DNA of 62,109 nt from Octopus bimaculoides (taxonomy: Eukaryota). The position numbers were made by a program, and so were the translations under genes. Shown one piece after another: positions 1-11,174 of this stretch (the first letter of the stretch is position 1; each line of letters opens with the position of its first letter). The stretch spans positions 74,494,174 through 74,556,282 of the forward strand of contig NC_068981.1 of NCBI RefSeq assembly GCF_001194135.2, read 5' to 3'. Under the pieces are notes generated by a model. It searched no databases, had not been told where the DNA came from, and saw only the letters and a program-made list of their open reading frames with translations.

Positions 1-146
1 AGAGCCTTTCCTTTTTAGAACGATAGCGTGTGATCTAAGTGAAGTTTAGCTGCTGTTTCTAGCAGGTCGAGTGAACCTGTTGCATTATTAACCAATTATC
101 TATCTATTTTTTAGAATCCCCCCACTGCCAAGCATGAAACATAAAG

Positions 147-358
147 TATAGAAGAAAGTAAAAAAGAGAGAAATAAAAAGATTTTGACGATGCGGAAAGT
201 CTTATAAAACCCTTATATTTCTGGCGTAAAGGCCCATCTTCGGCATTTCCAAGACTGTTTTTCTTCTGAGGATGGGCCTTTGCGCCTGAAATATAAAGGT
301 TTTATAAAACTTTCCGCATTGTCAGAAGCTTTCTATTTCTTTTTTACCTTCTTCGATA
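147..358. repeat. Long inverted repeat (arms ~147-243 and ~266-358, 22-nt loop), possibly an inverted Penelope-like terminal repeat
   Basis: 184-243 matches the reverse complement of 266-325 at 52/60 positions, and weaker pairing extends to 147/358. The right arm contains CTGAGGA-T-GGGC-CTTTGC-GCCT-GAAA. Confidence 0.85.
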
Positions 359-429
359 TTACAGTGCTTCAAGCGAATACAACACCCTTACAAAGTATAG
401 AGTTAAGAATTGTTTGAAGTAACGCAAAC

Positions 430-469
430 AAGAAAATTGCTCAATATAATTATATTGAGCAATTTTCTT
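430..469. repeat. Perfect 40-bp palindrome
   Basis: AAGAAAATTGCTCAATATAA|TTATATTGAGCAATTTTCTT; all 20 pairs checked, no loop. Confidence 0.95.
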
Positions 470-1120
470 TGAGACTGAAAAGTTATCTAAGTAGAATTAC
501 TTCCAAACGCAGTCTCGTGATATACATATATATATAGTCTACAATATATATTAGTATTCGTTTTTTCCCTCTTTGTTCGTTGAATTTTATTTGTATTAAC
601 ATCATAAATACACGCACCGGGCATATACAGGTTATATATATAGGAAGGAATGTTGAAAAATTTCTGCTTTGGGTAAAGAAAATATTGGAGAATCAATTAA
701 TTATAATTTTATTCAACACACTCAGATTCACACACTTATTGCAGCGGCCCTTTAGTTTTCCTAAGTCCTGTAAAAAAACTCGGAAGGACGGGCCTCTAAC
801 CAGGCCTTTCGAGACACCCTTAAAACCAGGAACTTTTCGGCACCTCATCATATACATGCTGATATTTCTTATATCTTGAATATAAACACCAATGCTTCGT
901 TTAACAATTTTCCTTTTTTTACCTCCAGCAAAAACTTAGTTTTAAGAAAAGGAAGGTAAGCAAAAACAAAAAAAAAAAAAAGGGAAGAAAAAGTTTTGTA
1001 AAAATAAGTTATTTTCATCATTAAAAGAAATACACATTTATTTGAAATATAGTATAGCAGCAATGCCTCTACATATATATATCAAAATTTCCTTTGACCA
1101 AAAGTATAAGTAATTCGAAC

Positions 1121-1269
1121 ACACACGCACACACATACACATACATACATGCATATATATATGCATATACATACATATATATAGAGAGAGAGAGAGGGGG
1201 GGAAGGGGAGAAAGAGAGAGCGAAAGAGAGAGAGAGAGCGAAAGAGAGAGAGAGAGAGAGAGAGAGAGA
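1121..1269. repeat. Compound microsatellite (CA/TACA/TA then GA)
   Basis: Seen directly. It explains the low-complexity ORFs 1038-1319 and 1094-1441. Confidence 0.95.
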
Positions 1270-1333
1270 CTTTCTTTATGTAACAGAAATCGAAACACTA
1301 AGAAATAAATCTGATGCAATTGGCTCCATTAGA

Positions 1334-2626
1334 CATAGGAGTCAAACTCAAGGCCTGCAGGCCAAATCTGGCCTAACACAATTATATCCGGACCGCGAGA
1401 GAATTTTAGGCAAATATTTTTTAATGGCACCGACGATATGATGTGCAAACCACAAGTTCCCCAGTTTAGCAGCCTTGTCGAACAAAAGGCTGCCTGAGAA
1501 TATTTCCGCGTCGATCAGCACAAGTTAGAATGAAAGTTGTGTAGTACGTGGATGTTCGTGATTACAGTAACCTAGTAACGTCCTGTTGCTCGTTTTGGAT
1601 TGGCGCATAAGAGATGAAAGTAGTGTAGTGCCTGGATATTGCATCACTTCTTCCCGCTTATGCCATACCAATCAAGCGTCTATCGGTAGATGCATAGTCT
1701 TAATTTTAGATCAAAGCTGGCTGTTAAAATGGCCAAGATAAAAGTTGATTCTGAAAACAGAGCCTTTCAAAGCCGCTGGAAGGCGGTAAACCTGCGTGTC
1801 TAATTAATGGAGATAATGTGGCTGTGATCAAAGAATATAATCTAAGACGGCACAACGAGACTAATCATCAAGACAAATCGAAAAACTTGAATACAGAATA
1901 AAAGCTAGAGAAGGTAGAATAATTGCAGAGGAATCTAACATCACAGCAGACGTTTTTCTCCAAAGCAAAATCGAAAAGTGAAGTTGCTGTAAAAGCAAGT
2001 TTTATTGTGGTAGAGAAGATCGCCAAATCAGCCCGACTATTTACTGAGGGAGATCTTCTGAAGAATTGCATGACGTCTTGTGTCCAGACAAAAAGCAGAT
2101 GTTTGCAAATGTAAGCCTTAGCGGAAATACAATAGCTGATCGAGTTTGTGAGAAGGCCACTGATGTGAAAACACAGCTGATCGAAAAATGTAGAGACTTT
2201 GTTGCATACTCTCTTGCTGTCGATGAAAGCAATGATACGACTGACACTGCACAGCTCGCCATCTTCGTCCGTGGAGTGGTCTCCAGTTTAAATGTTACAG
2301 AAGAAATATTGGACATGAAATCTCTGCATGAGACAACAACAAGAAAAGACACTTTTGACAACGTATGTCGAAGTGTAACTGACATGAAGCTGCCTTGGGG
2401 AAAACCTGTTGGACTTACAATAAATGGAGCACCGGCGATGTGCGGCGAAAAAAGTGGACTAGTAGGAAGGATGCAGTTAAAGATGCAGGAGGACTGTACT
2501 GGTGAGTTGATAGCATACCACTGCATCATAAACCAAGGATCGCTGTGTGGTAAAGTCCTCAACATGGAACATGTAATGAGCACTGTAACACAAACCGTCA
2601 AGTTTATCAGAGTCAAAGGCTTAAAT
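1334..2626 (+). mobile_element. hAT DNA transposon (Charlie/SPIN/GTF2IRD2-like), 3'-truncated
   Basis: The left end CATAGGAGTCAAACTCAAGGCCTGCAGGCCAAATCTGGCC resembles Charlie-type termini. It is followed by a decayed transposase and cut at ~2627 by a reverse SINE; no right TIR was seen. Confidence 0.85.
1729..2626 (+). pseudogene. Degenerate hAT transposase
   Basis: MAKIKVDSENRAFQSRW, then a frameshift to GKPACLI...KEYNLRRH (BED-like), in-frame stops, a second frameshift at ~2070, then AVDESNDTTDTAQLAIFVRGV (first catalytic D), TINGAPAM (D>N) and YHCIINQ (CxxH with H>N). The C-terminal half is missing. Confidence 0.9.
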
Positions 2627-2627
2627 T

Positions 2628-3450
2628 TGTTCTAATATAGGCACAAGACCAAAAATTCTGGAGGAGGAGGAGGAGGAGGTTGGTTAACTTAATCCTAATA
2701 ATTGACCGGGTTTGTATTTTATCGTTCCCCCCGGGTTGGAAGGTAAAGCTGACCTAAGCAGAACAAACACTGCAAGATACTTTAACATTGATGCCAATCC
2801 ATCATCCTTAATAAAGTAATATAAAAGCTATTTTTAATATAGGTACAAGGGTGCAAGGCGACGATCTGGCAGAATCGTTAGCACGCCGGGCAAAATGCTT
2901 AGCTGCATTTCAATAGTCTTTACGTTCTGGGTTCACATTCCGTTGAGGTTGATGTTGCCTTTTATCCTTTCGGGGTCGGTAAAATAAGTACCAGTTGAGA
3001 ACTGGAGTCAATGTAATCGACTTAACCTCTCCACGAAATTGCTGGCTTTGTGCCAAAATTTGAAACCAATATTATTATTTATACAAAGCGGAGAGCTGGC
3101 AGAATCGTTAGCCCGCCAGGTAAAATGTGTGGCAGCATGTCGTCCCTCTTTGCGTTCTGAGTTCAAATTCCTCCGAGATCGACTTTGCTTTTCATTCTTT
3201 CGGACTGTGTTAAAGTTTGAAACCACCACATGTACAAGGTTAAAAATATAGATATTAGTGACAAATTTTATTGCAAGGCAGGTAAGCACTGAGATCGACT
3301 TTACGTTCTGTGTTCAAATTCTTCCGAGATCGTTAAAGCGTCGAACATAAATCTTTATGTTCTGAGTTCAAGTCCAGGCCGAGATAACCTTTGCGTTTCA
3401 TCTTTCCAAAGTCAATCAAATGAAGTACCTGTCAAATACAGGAATCGATT
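2628..3450. mobile_element. Cluster of family-B tRNA-headed SINEs (one - copy at 2628-2810; + copies at 2856-3078, 3086-3250 and fragments to ~3450)
   Basis: Repeated head GAGCTGGCAGAATCGTTAGC, B-box-like GAGTTCAAATTC, body TTCATCCTTTCGGGGTCG-TAAAATAAGTACCAGTTGAG and tail GTGCCAAAATTTGAAACC. Confidence 0.8.
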
Positions 3451-4122
3451 TATATTCTTATAATGCATCCTAGATGCTAATCGAATAAGAGAAGACAACT
3501 GATGAATGCGTATTAGAGGTGTATCGGATTACATTAACTAATGTGACCTTTTTATCATTTAAGACGGATGGACTATTATTTGAGGATGGTTTGCCTGCTA
3601 TTTCTCGCAGCCAAGCGACTACATAGGAGCACACTTGTTGGTTCACTCTAATGTTATTCAATCGCCGGTTAGCCTTGGTTTTCTTTTAGTTTAATCGATT
3701 CCCATCTAGGATACATTATGGGCATATAAATCGCCTCAGTACTTGCTTGACTATACTTTGTTTTGTAAACCCCAGGGAAATGTGGTGAAATGTGAACTCA
3801 GGACGTAAAGGATCGTACGTAACAATATACTGCAGCGCATTTCTCTTAACGTACTAACGAATCTGCCAATTCACAAAAGCAGACCTATGTATTGTCCAAT
3901 ATATACCCGCCCTTTCTTTTTTCTAATAACGACAAGATTAAATCTGAGGGAGGTATATATGGCTGATATTTCTAGCATTCCAAGAAGCCTATTAAAGCTA
4001 CTTGAAGTAGCCGTAGTTTCTTTAGACTCGTTTTTTGTTGTTTTTTAAATATTGTTAAACCAGATTTCCAACGTTTCTTCCATTCCGTCATTCTAATGTA
4101 TTATGTATTGCGTAAACGTACC

Positions 4123-4124
<2 letters not shown>

Positions 4125-4154
<30 letters not shown>

Positions 4155-4169
4155 TGTATGTATGCACAC

Positions 4170-4205
<36 letters not shown>
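4125..4205. repeat. (TATG)n/(TA)n microsatellite
   Basis: Seen directly. Confidence 0.95.
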
Positions 4206-5003
4206 CGTGTGTGCATACAATTAAACCTTGGGAGAGGCATTATGCCGGCAAAAAACACACACACTGGTTCAGTCCTTTATTTATAAACAGTATTTAGTTT
4301 TTTGTTAAATCATTTCATTGCACTCTTGCAATCTCTTCAGTAACTTGTCTCTCCACTTCCATTTATATGTATGTATACACACGTATCCACATCAAGAATC
4401 TTGCACACGAAATACACATACGAAGTGTGTGCATACGTGTGGACGCTTAATTTTATGAGTATATGCTCTTTTAAGACCAGGGCGTTCACCACCCGTTAGA
4501 CAACTTCATGGCCGAGGGATTCCCACTATACATGTGCCAATCACTTTCAAATACTTTACATACGTATTCATACACGCGCGTGCGTGTGTGAATTTAAGCC
4601 TATAATAATGACGCGAAAAGACATCCACCATCTTTCATCTGACGTAGCTTTTCAACACAATAATAACCAAACGTTGTTAGAATATTAGAATGACAACGAT
4701 ATTGTTCAACTTGAAAACAGTTAAAGAAGCGAGGGAAATTCCCACATCATTAAATATATTAAAGAAATACTTATAATAGTTACTCGGACCGTTGCTTTCG
4801 GCAATACTTCAAAAGGACGAAGACTCCGCTTAAGGTTTTATAGAATTCTACTCTTCGCTCCAGTCATGTGAATTACAATGTATAATTGAGCCTATTAATG
4901 GCTAATGGACGACTGTGTCACAAGTGATCCTAGCGTGTCTAGTAGTTCGAACGAAGTAATTTTGGTACTGGCTACTTTTCATTATTATTTCCAAAAGCGC
5001 TTA

Positions 5004-5220
5004 AGGCAGCGAGCTGGCAGAATCGTTAGCACGTCAGGGGAAAAATACTTAGCGGCATTTCGTCCGTCTTTATGTTCTGGGTTCAAACTCCTCTGAGATC
5101 GACTTCACTTTTCATGCTTTCGGAGTCGATACAATAAGTACCAGTTGAGCACTGGAGTCGAAGTAATCAATCGACTTTATCCCATCCCCCGGCCTTATTG
5201 CTAATATTTGAAATCAGTAT
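5004..5220 (+). mobile_element. Family-B SINE
   Basis: Same head, body and tail as 2856-3078; CpGs are retained. Confidence 0.85.
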
Positions 5221-6356
5221 CCCAAAAACATAGCCTGACACGTGGAATCTGTGAGTTGGAGATGTAGAATGATAAATCGTTTGGGGTACATGAAATTAAA
5301 TTCACAGTTCTCAAATGTATTGGCCATTGCTCCTCTCACTCCATTTCATCTCGAATAACATTGATTAGTTGCTATACTGTCTATGAAGTTTGGTCTGACG
5401 TGGAGTGGTCATCAGTAGCTTAGGTAAAATAGGGTTACTTGAAAATTAAGAATTCTTGATCTGAGTTTTTACCGGAAGAGCTTGTTAAAAGAATGGCTAC
5501 AATAGACCTAACTACAATTCTTAAGTTATCTCTAACACTTATGATAGATTGATATGCTTCAGATCAGTTTCTTGTCCCTACTTTCGCGAATATGAAACGT
5601 TATGGGAGCCTTGTAAATCTCCGAAATCCTACGTATTTTCTTGTTATTTTCTTACCCGAAGGTAAAAATACAAAACGAACAAATTTTCAATACTTTCTTT
5701 CTTCATAGATGACCACAATTTTCTTTCAAACAATCTTTGTAAACAACCCAGAAATAACGTATCTTAAGACTTGGGCTTTCGATGCTCTTTTACAAGTTCT
5801 TGTTTTACTTATAGGACTGTGGCTATGCTGGGGCATCCCCTTAAAACGTTCACTCGAACAGATTGTCCCAAGCGCTTATTTTTATGTCTGGTTATTATTT
5901 TATCGCTCTTTTTTTTTTTTTATACCGAACTGCAGTTCGAATTAATCTGAGTTTTCTTTCTAACACACACACACATCAAAAGTTTGCATCATTCACGTGT
6001 GAGGTAGTTGCCACACACAAAAAAAATTAGACAGATTCTTCTATTTTGGCTAAACCAATGTGTAAAATAGGCATAAAATGATGGTGGAGCGCGTGTGTGA
6101 AAAGCTGATAGTTTCCTCAAAAACTGAGACCTTTCACTAGAAGCTTATCTCGTCTCTAGATCAGCATTAGTTTTATATACCTTGCCCCTTATAATCACAG
6201 AGATATCATTTACGTTGGTGCTGTGATGTGAACCAAAGAGATATATAACCACAGAGTATTCCAGATAGGGAAGTAATCCGTATTTTCACTGAGACAACAG
6301 GACTGGTATTTACTTACGAAGCATGACAAACCCCTGCAGAATTTGGAGTTAGAACG

Positions 6357-6358
<2 letters not shown>

Positions 6359-6406
<48 letters not shown>

Positions 6407-6456
6407 AAGAGAGAGAGAAAGCGAGAGAGAGAGAGAGAGAGTGTGTGAGAGAGAGA
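6359..6456. repeat. (GA)n microsatellite
   Basis: Seen directly. Confidence 0.95.
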
Positions 6457-6489
6457 AGGTAGTATTAACTCATTCTGCCTGAATCTTCG

Positions 6490-7075
6490 TTTTTTTATTG
6501 ACTTTCAAAGGATTAGAGAATATATTCCATCGACTTGACCTTGTATATTACTGGTACTTATTTAACCCATCTTTGGAACATAAGCAGTGCACTCAACCAC
6601 ATCGTAATTTGAACTCGGGCAATTGAAATATTGATTTCAAATTTTAGCACAAGGCCGTCAAGATTAAATCGACCCCAGTGCTCAGCTGGTACTTATTTTA
6701 TCGACCCCAAAAGGATGAAAGGCAAAGGCGACCTCGGCGAAATTTGAACTCAGATTGTAAAGACGGACGAAATGCCACTAAGCATTTTGCCTGACGTGCT
6801 GACGATTCTGCCAGATCACCGCCTCTAAGACAATTGAAATATTGAACTCTACCACATCGATGTCTAATTCATGTAGAGGCCAGTAATTTTGAAGAGATGG
6901 GTTTAGTCGATAACATCGACTTCAGTACTTGACAAGTACTTTAAATTAGTGAAAATTAAAAAATAGAAATGCAATGTCGAATTACGCGGGATTTGAACGC
7001 AAAACATTAATGAACCATAAGGCATTTTTGTCCGACTTTAACGATTTAGCCAATCCGCAAGGGGTAAAAAAAAAG
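6490..7075 (-). mobile_element. Three tandem family-B SINE copies (best copy 6625-6822)
   Basis: Reverse-complement body CTGGTACTTATTTTATCGACCCC-AAAGGATGAAAGGCAAAG...GAAATTTGAACTCAG...GATTCTGCCAG. Confidence 0.8.
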
Positions 7076-7440
7076 TCCGCTAAAATAGAATCAGATATTT
7101 TCTGCGTCAACACTGCTACCTCAGAATTCATTTCCTATCGCAGGTGTTTAAGCTGATTTGGCTGACTTGTAGGCGTAGAAATAATAGGAAGTTGTGGCAT
7201 TCATACATTATCAAAAGAAATAAGAGATGTACGAGAAAGTTACCGTCTGGAAGGTGATTAATGAGGATTTACCTCAGTCCAATTTACTCCCACGTTATAC
7301 TTGAAAAGCTTCATATTTCTTTCTTAATCTCATTTTCCTCTCATTCTCCTTTCATTCTGAAGTAGCAAAATAAAAACTTTAAAAAAGTTTTGCATAACAA
7401 CTTAAAACTGCCTTCTCTTCTCTTAACAATCACTTAAACG

Positions 7441-7860
7441 TCTGCCCTTCACTTTAATAGTAATTAAGCAATTATTTATTATTCATCGCTTTAATTAACA
7501 ACACAATACTTCTTTTACAAAGTACTTATCTTTCTTTTATTTTACTACTTTCTTCTTACTATTTCTCTCTCCTTGCAGCTGTAGTCTTCTCTGTCACCCT
7601 CTCTCTCCTCATTCTCGCTTGGTCTCTGCTTTTTTCCTTTTTTTTTCTGCTCTCTCATTCCGTTTTGTTTCTCGCCAACACAATTTTATAAACATTAATC
7701 TTTTGTTTTGTTTTGCTTTTGGCCTGTCTAACTCATTCAACTCTTGTCTTTTTTATTATTTTAAACTTTTCTTTTCGTCACTTTCTTAATTCTCTCATTC
7801 ATTTTTCTTTCCTAATTCTCTCCCTCGCTGTCTTTCTCTGTCGGCCTAAGGGCTATCCCA
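7441..7860 (+). promoter_or_regulatory. Long pyrimidine-rich tract upstream of the laminin exon (promoter/5'UTR or acceptor region)
   Basis: Strong C/T bias on the + strand immediately before ATG 7900 and no repeats. The TSS cannot be placed from sequence. Confidence 0.35.
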
Positions 7861-7899
7861 GAGTTCTCAGCAACAGGCATCAGTGGCTGTGAAGCGAAG

Positions 7900-8349
7900 A
7901 TGGCGTACGGAGGTGGCTCGTTTGAATGGAACACAACGGTAGTTGACGACAGCTGTGGCCGTGTCGCCGGCTGTGGGGTTAGAGGCAGCAGCAATAATAA
8001 CAACACTACAACTTGGAGAGGTTACCGCTCGTCTTTTTCTACTAGCGCGTTACTGGCATCAGAAGACGAGGAAGTTGCGGTAACGCTAGATCAAGAAGCT
8101 GGTGGTGCAGGGGACGTGACAGCAAATAAATCAACAACTCTAACGCCTGTTCGGTCGTCTCGTTCTTCATGCCTTTCTTCTCCTCCTCCCCGTTCTTTTG
8201 CTTCTGAAACTAGTAATTTCATGAATAAGAAATCGTCTTCTCAAAGCAGCCAGGAAACAAATTACTATTTTCCTTCTTTTTGCTCTTCCTTTCTCTCTTT
8301 GTTCAGGTCACCTGCTGTTTCAGGTAGGCCTAGTTTTTCTCATAACACT
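7900..8349 (+). CDS. Putative in-frame N-terminal leader of laminin gamma (150 codons), or an unusually open 5'UTR
   Basis: ATG 7900 is in a strong context (AAG ATG G), the upstream in-frame stop is at 7813, and there is no stop until the LN exon. The translation is Ser-rich with no recognisable domain. Confidence 0.4.
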
Positions 8350-8800
8350 ATGTTTTGGTTGATATCAATCGGATTATTACTATTAGCTTCGGAGCGATTG
8401 TTGGTGTCCGGACAGCGACCCTACGAACCTACGAGAAGCCGTCGACCACCCACTTCTCAGAGAGGACGAAGCGATGATGAAGACGGTTCCGTATCTTGCT
8501 ACGACAATCGGGGTCGGGCTAGGAAATGTACTCCGGATTTTGAGAATGCCGCCTTCTCCTTGCCGGTAGAGGCGACCAACATATGCGGTATGGAAGGCCC
8601 GCAGGTCTATTGCTTACAAGTCGGGGTACGGGATGCCTCCAAATCCTGTCACTATTGCGATGCCAGGCATACCCAGTTTGATCATTCCCCGCATCTGATG
8701 ACGGATTACGAGGGACAGGGAAACTGGACTTGGTGGCAGAGTGAGACTATGTTGAAGGACGTCCAATATCCAAATTCTGTCAATCTCACCTTACATCTCA
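8350..8800 (+). CDS. LAMC1: Laminin subunit gamma (gamma-1/LanB2-like), first coding exon: signal peptide plus N-terminal part of the LN domain
   Basis: Signal peptide MFWLISIGLLLLASERLLVSG, then CYDNRGRARKCTPDFENAAF...ATNICG...YCLQ...KSCHYCDA...LMTDY...TWWQSETMLKDVQYPNSVNLTLHL. This matches gamma-chain LN domains (human [25 protein letters not shown], recalled) better than netrins. Donor CTCA|GTAAGT at 8800/8801, phase 1. Confidence 0.92.
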
Positions 8801-8865
8801 GTAAGTTCCATTTTATTTTACCTTTAGAGCCCTAACTTCCTCGTTCTCCCACACCGTGTGTCCGA

Positions 8866-8900
<35 letters not shown>

Positions 8901-10628
8901 ATTCATAACAAATGCTTCCCTCTTACCTGCATAAAAAAACCCTTTCAGTTTAGCTATTTTTTGCAGACTTTTTTTCGACTGATTTAATATAGCTAAATGA
9001 TCTTAACAAAACGCCAAAGGAAATTCTGCTTTTATTCTTATGTAAGAAAAACTGTTTTTTCCTTTTTTTTTTTGCAAAGTAAAACAAAGAAATTCCGATA
9101 ACATTTTATAAAGCAATTTATTAACTTACACTTCGTAGTTTTATTTATGATCAGATCGGANNNNNNNNNNTTTTGTACTAAAAGCGGCAACTTCGTATAT
9201 TATATTATACATATATTTCTTGCTTTCTTTGCGGTTTTGTGATTTACGAAAAATTGCTTGATGTAAAAGAATTAGTTGTAGATCGATATTTCTTCTATGT
9301 GTGCTTGAATCATTTTATAGCATATTTTATTTAATAGTGCAAAGGTATTTCCTATTGAAATATTAAATTTCTTTGCTTTTTTTTTAATGCATTTATTTTT
9401 AAAACAACCCAGTACTTCCTTGCCCGTTTCCTTTCCCCTAAGAGGTAGAGCAAGCTATCCCAAAACTCCACCAAATTTAAGATGTTTCGTTATAAACATC
9501 TCTCTCACGTTACTTTATTAGTAACAAGTTGACATTTCGTGTGTGTGTGTGTTTAATGTCTGTTGCGTGTGCCTTGAAGTATTATTGCAGTTGTAACTTT
9601 ATTAATACTCTAAAAATTCAACTTACGTTTTACAATAGATTGATAAATTTGTTTTATAGTTAGGTACTACTCCCCAGTCCTCATCAGATTAGTTAACATG
9701 AGATAACTCGATTTACAAAATACAATTACTTTACAGACATCCCCACACTCCTATAATAAACCCTAGTACTTCGTTCACCTTTAACCTCGTAGATGTGTAT
9801 TTCTGAATTGGCTATTGTATTTTTTAAAATTTATATACTACAATAATCTTATTATATCCCTTTATATTTTCTTGATAACTGCGTTAACGTTCCACTCTGA
9901 CAACTTTTACGAAATATTTCAACGAACCAGTAACATATAAACAGCAAACTTTTCATAGACTGACGTGCACGTTGATCACTGTTCTGATTTCACATAACAC
10001 AAATACCTCTGTGTATATGTGACAGGAGAGAAACAGGTGGAAGACGAATAGTGATTTTTTTTTCTTTTTTCCGATCATGTCCATACAGTTTTCGCTTGTT
10101 TGGATGATAATATAGTTAAGCTGTTAACCAGCTGAGTCTAGCATTCGGTTTCAATTCACATGGAAGCCAATTTTCTTCCAATTCACACCGGTAATGAATG
10201 AAATAATGGCCTTGAGCAAGGCGTGAATATCACCCTCTCACCTCGTTCACTAGTAAATCTTCAGATCTTGTAACATTGTCAAAAGCAATCGTAATTTTTT
10301 TTCTTTTTGTTGCTTTTGATGTTTAAATTTTCTATTTTGCGCTTGTCTCATATCTTTCTTTCTTGCTTATCTAGGAAAGGTATGAATGCGATAAAATCCT
10401 TAGTACTTCATGCTAACTATTGTTTTTGTTGATTTTCTGCTCTGATAAGTTCCAAGCTAACGTGTCTGCTCTCCCTAGAGTTGTTTAATTTACTCTGCTA
10501 ACGTCCTTTAAGGGAAGGAATCGACGTCACAACTTCTTAATACTGCTGACCATGATTTGGCAAAGTAGTCGCCTCTAGCATTAGAGCATCGGATAAATAA
10601 ATATTTATTGCATTTTATGAAAAATATC

Positions 10629-10748
10629 GGCAGAGGTAAAGAATACGCACACCACCCGTTCTCGACTTAACAAAAATTCTAACCCCAATCCTAACTCTGA
10701 ATGAACCCTAACCCTAAACACAGGGTGTGCATATTCTTTACCTTCGCC
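10629..10748. mobile_element. Short non-autonomous element with 25-bp inverted repeats around CCTAAC-type repeats (Helentron/DINE-like)
   Basis: GGCAGAGGTAAAGAATACGCACACC (10629-10653) matches the reverse complement of 10724-10748 at 22/25 positions; the interior has AACCCCAATCCTAAC...AACCCTAACCCTAA. Confidence 0.55.
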
Positions 10749-11137
10749 AAAAATATTTATATAGCGTATGTATTAGGTGTTAATAGTCACACCTAGTCGT
10801 GTTGATACAGGATATCGAACCAGCGAGTAATAATTTTTTTTTATCCTGTAGCTAACACTACTTCGTCCAAATGCTGTTTTCTTGCTCAGTTCGTTAATCT
10901 ATCTAGCAGCAGTAAAATTGAACCCGGAGTATTCTATCATCATGATCAGTTTCTGTTTTGACAAAGAAAGAAGCTATTCACAGATGTTGATTTAACTAAT
11001 TCTATCTCTAACACTGAAGTGAACTTTTTTTTTGTGAATGAAGTTCCCGAGGTATCATGTAGGCAAATTTCCACTAAGATGTACGTGACGAATTTAAAAT
11101 GAAGTCTCCACCACCGCCTTATAGTGCAATTATTTAT

Positions 11138-11174
<37 letters not shown>

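Noticed and set aside
2066-2635. Host GTF2IRD2/EPM2AIP1-like domesticated gene
   Set aside because: Upstream stops and frameshifts, mutated catalytic D and CxxH, an intact transposon left end and 3' truncation by a SINE.
8434-8448. Furin site RSRR after the signal peptide
   Set aside because: It is followed by Pro at P1', which disfavours cleavage; there is no other support.
8350-8800. Netrin rather than laminin gamma
   Set aside because: TWWQSETML..VQYPNSVNLTLHL fits gamma chains; netrins have TCWQS...FPHNVTLTLSLG-type sequence (recalled). Downstream exons would settle it.
8801-8835. ORF tail SKFHFILPLEP-stop as the true C-terminus or a secreted mini-laminin
   Set aside because: It is read-through past a canonical GTAAGT donor; the LN domain would be cut to less than half.
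9655-9692. Minus-strand CTGATGA-GGAC...GTACC motif
   Set aside because: The GAAA core is absent; too degenerate to call.
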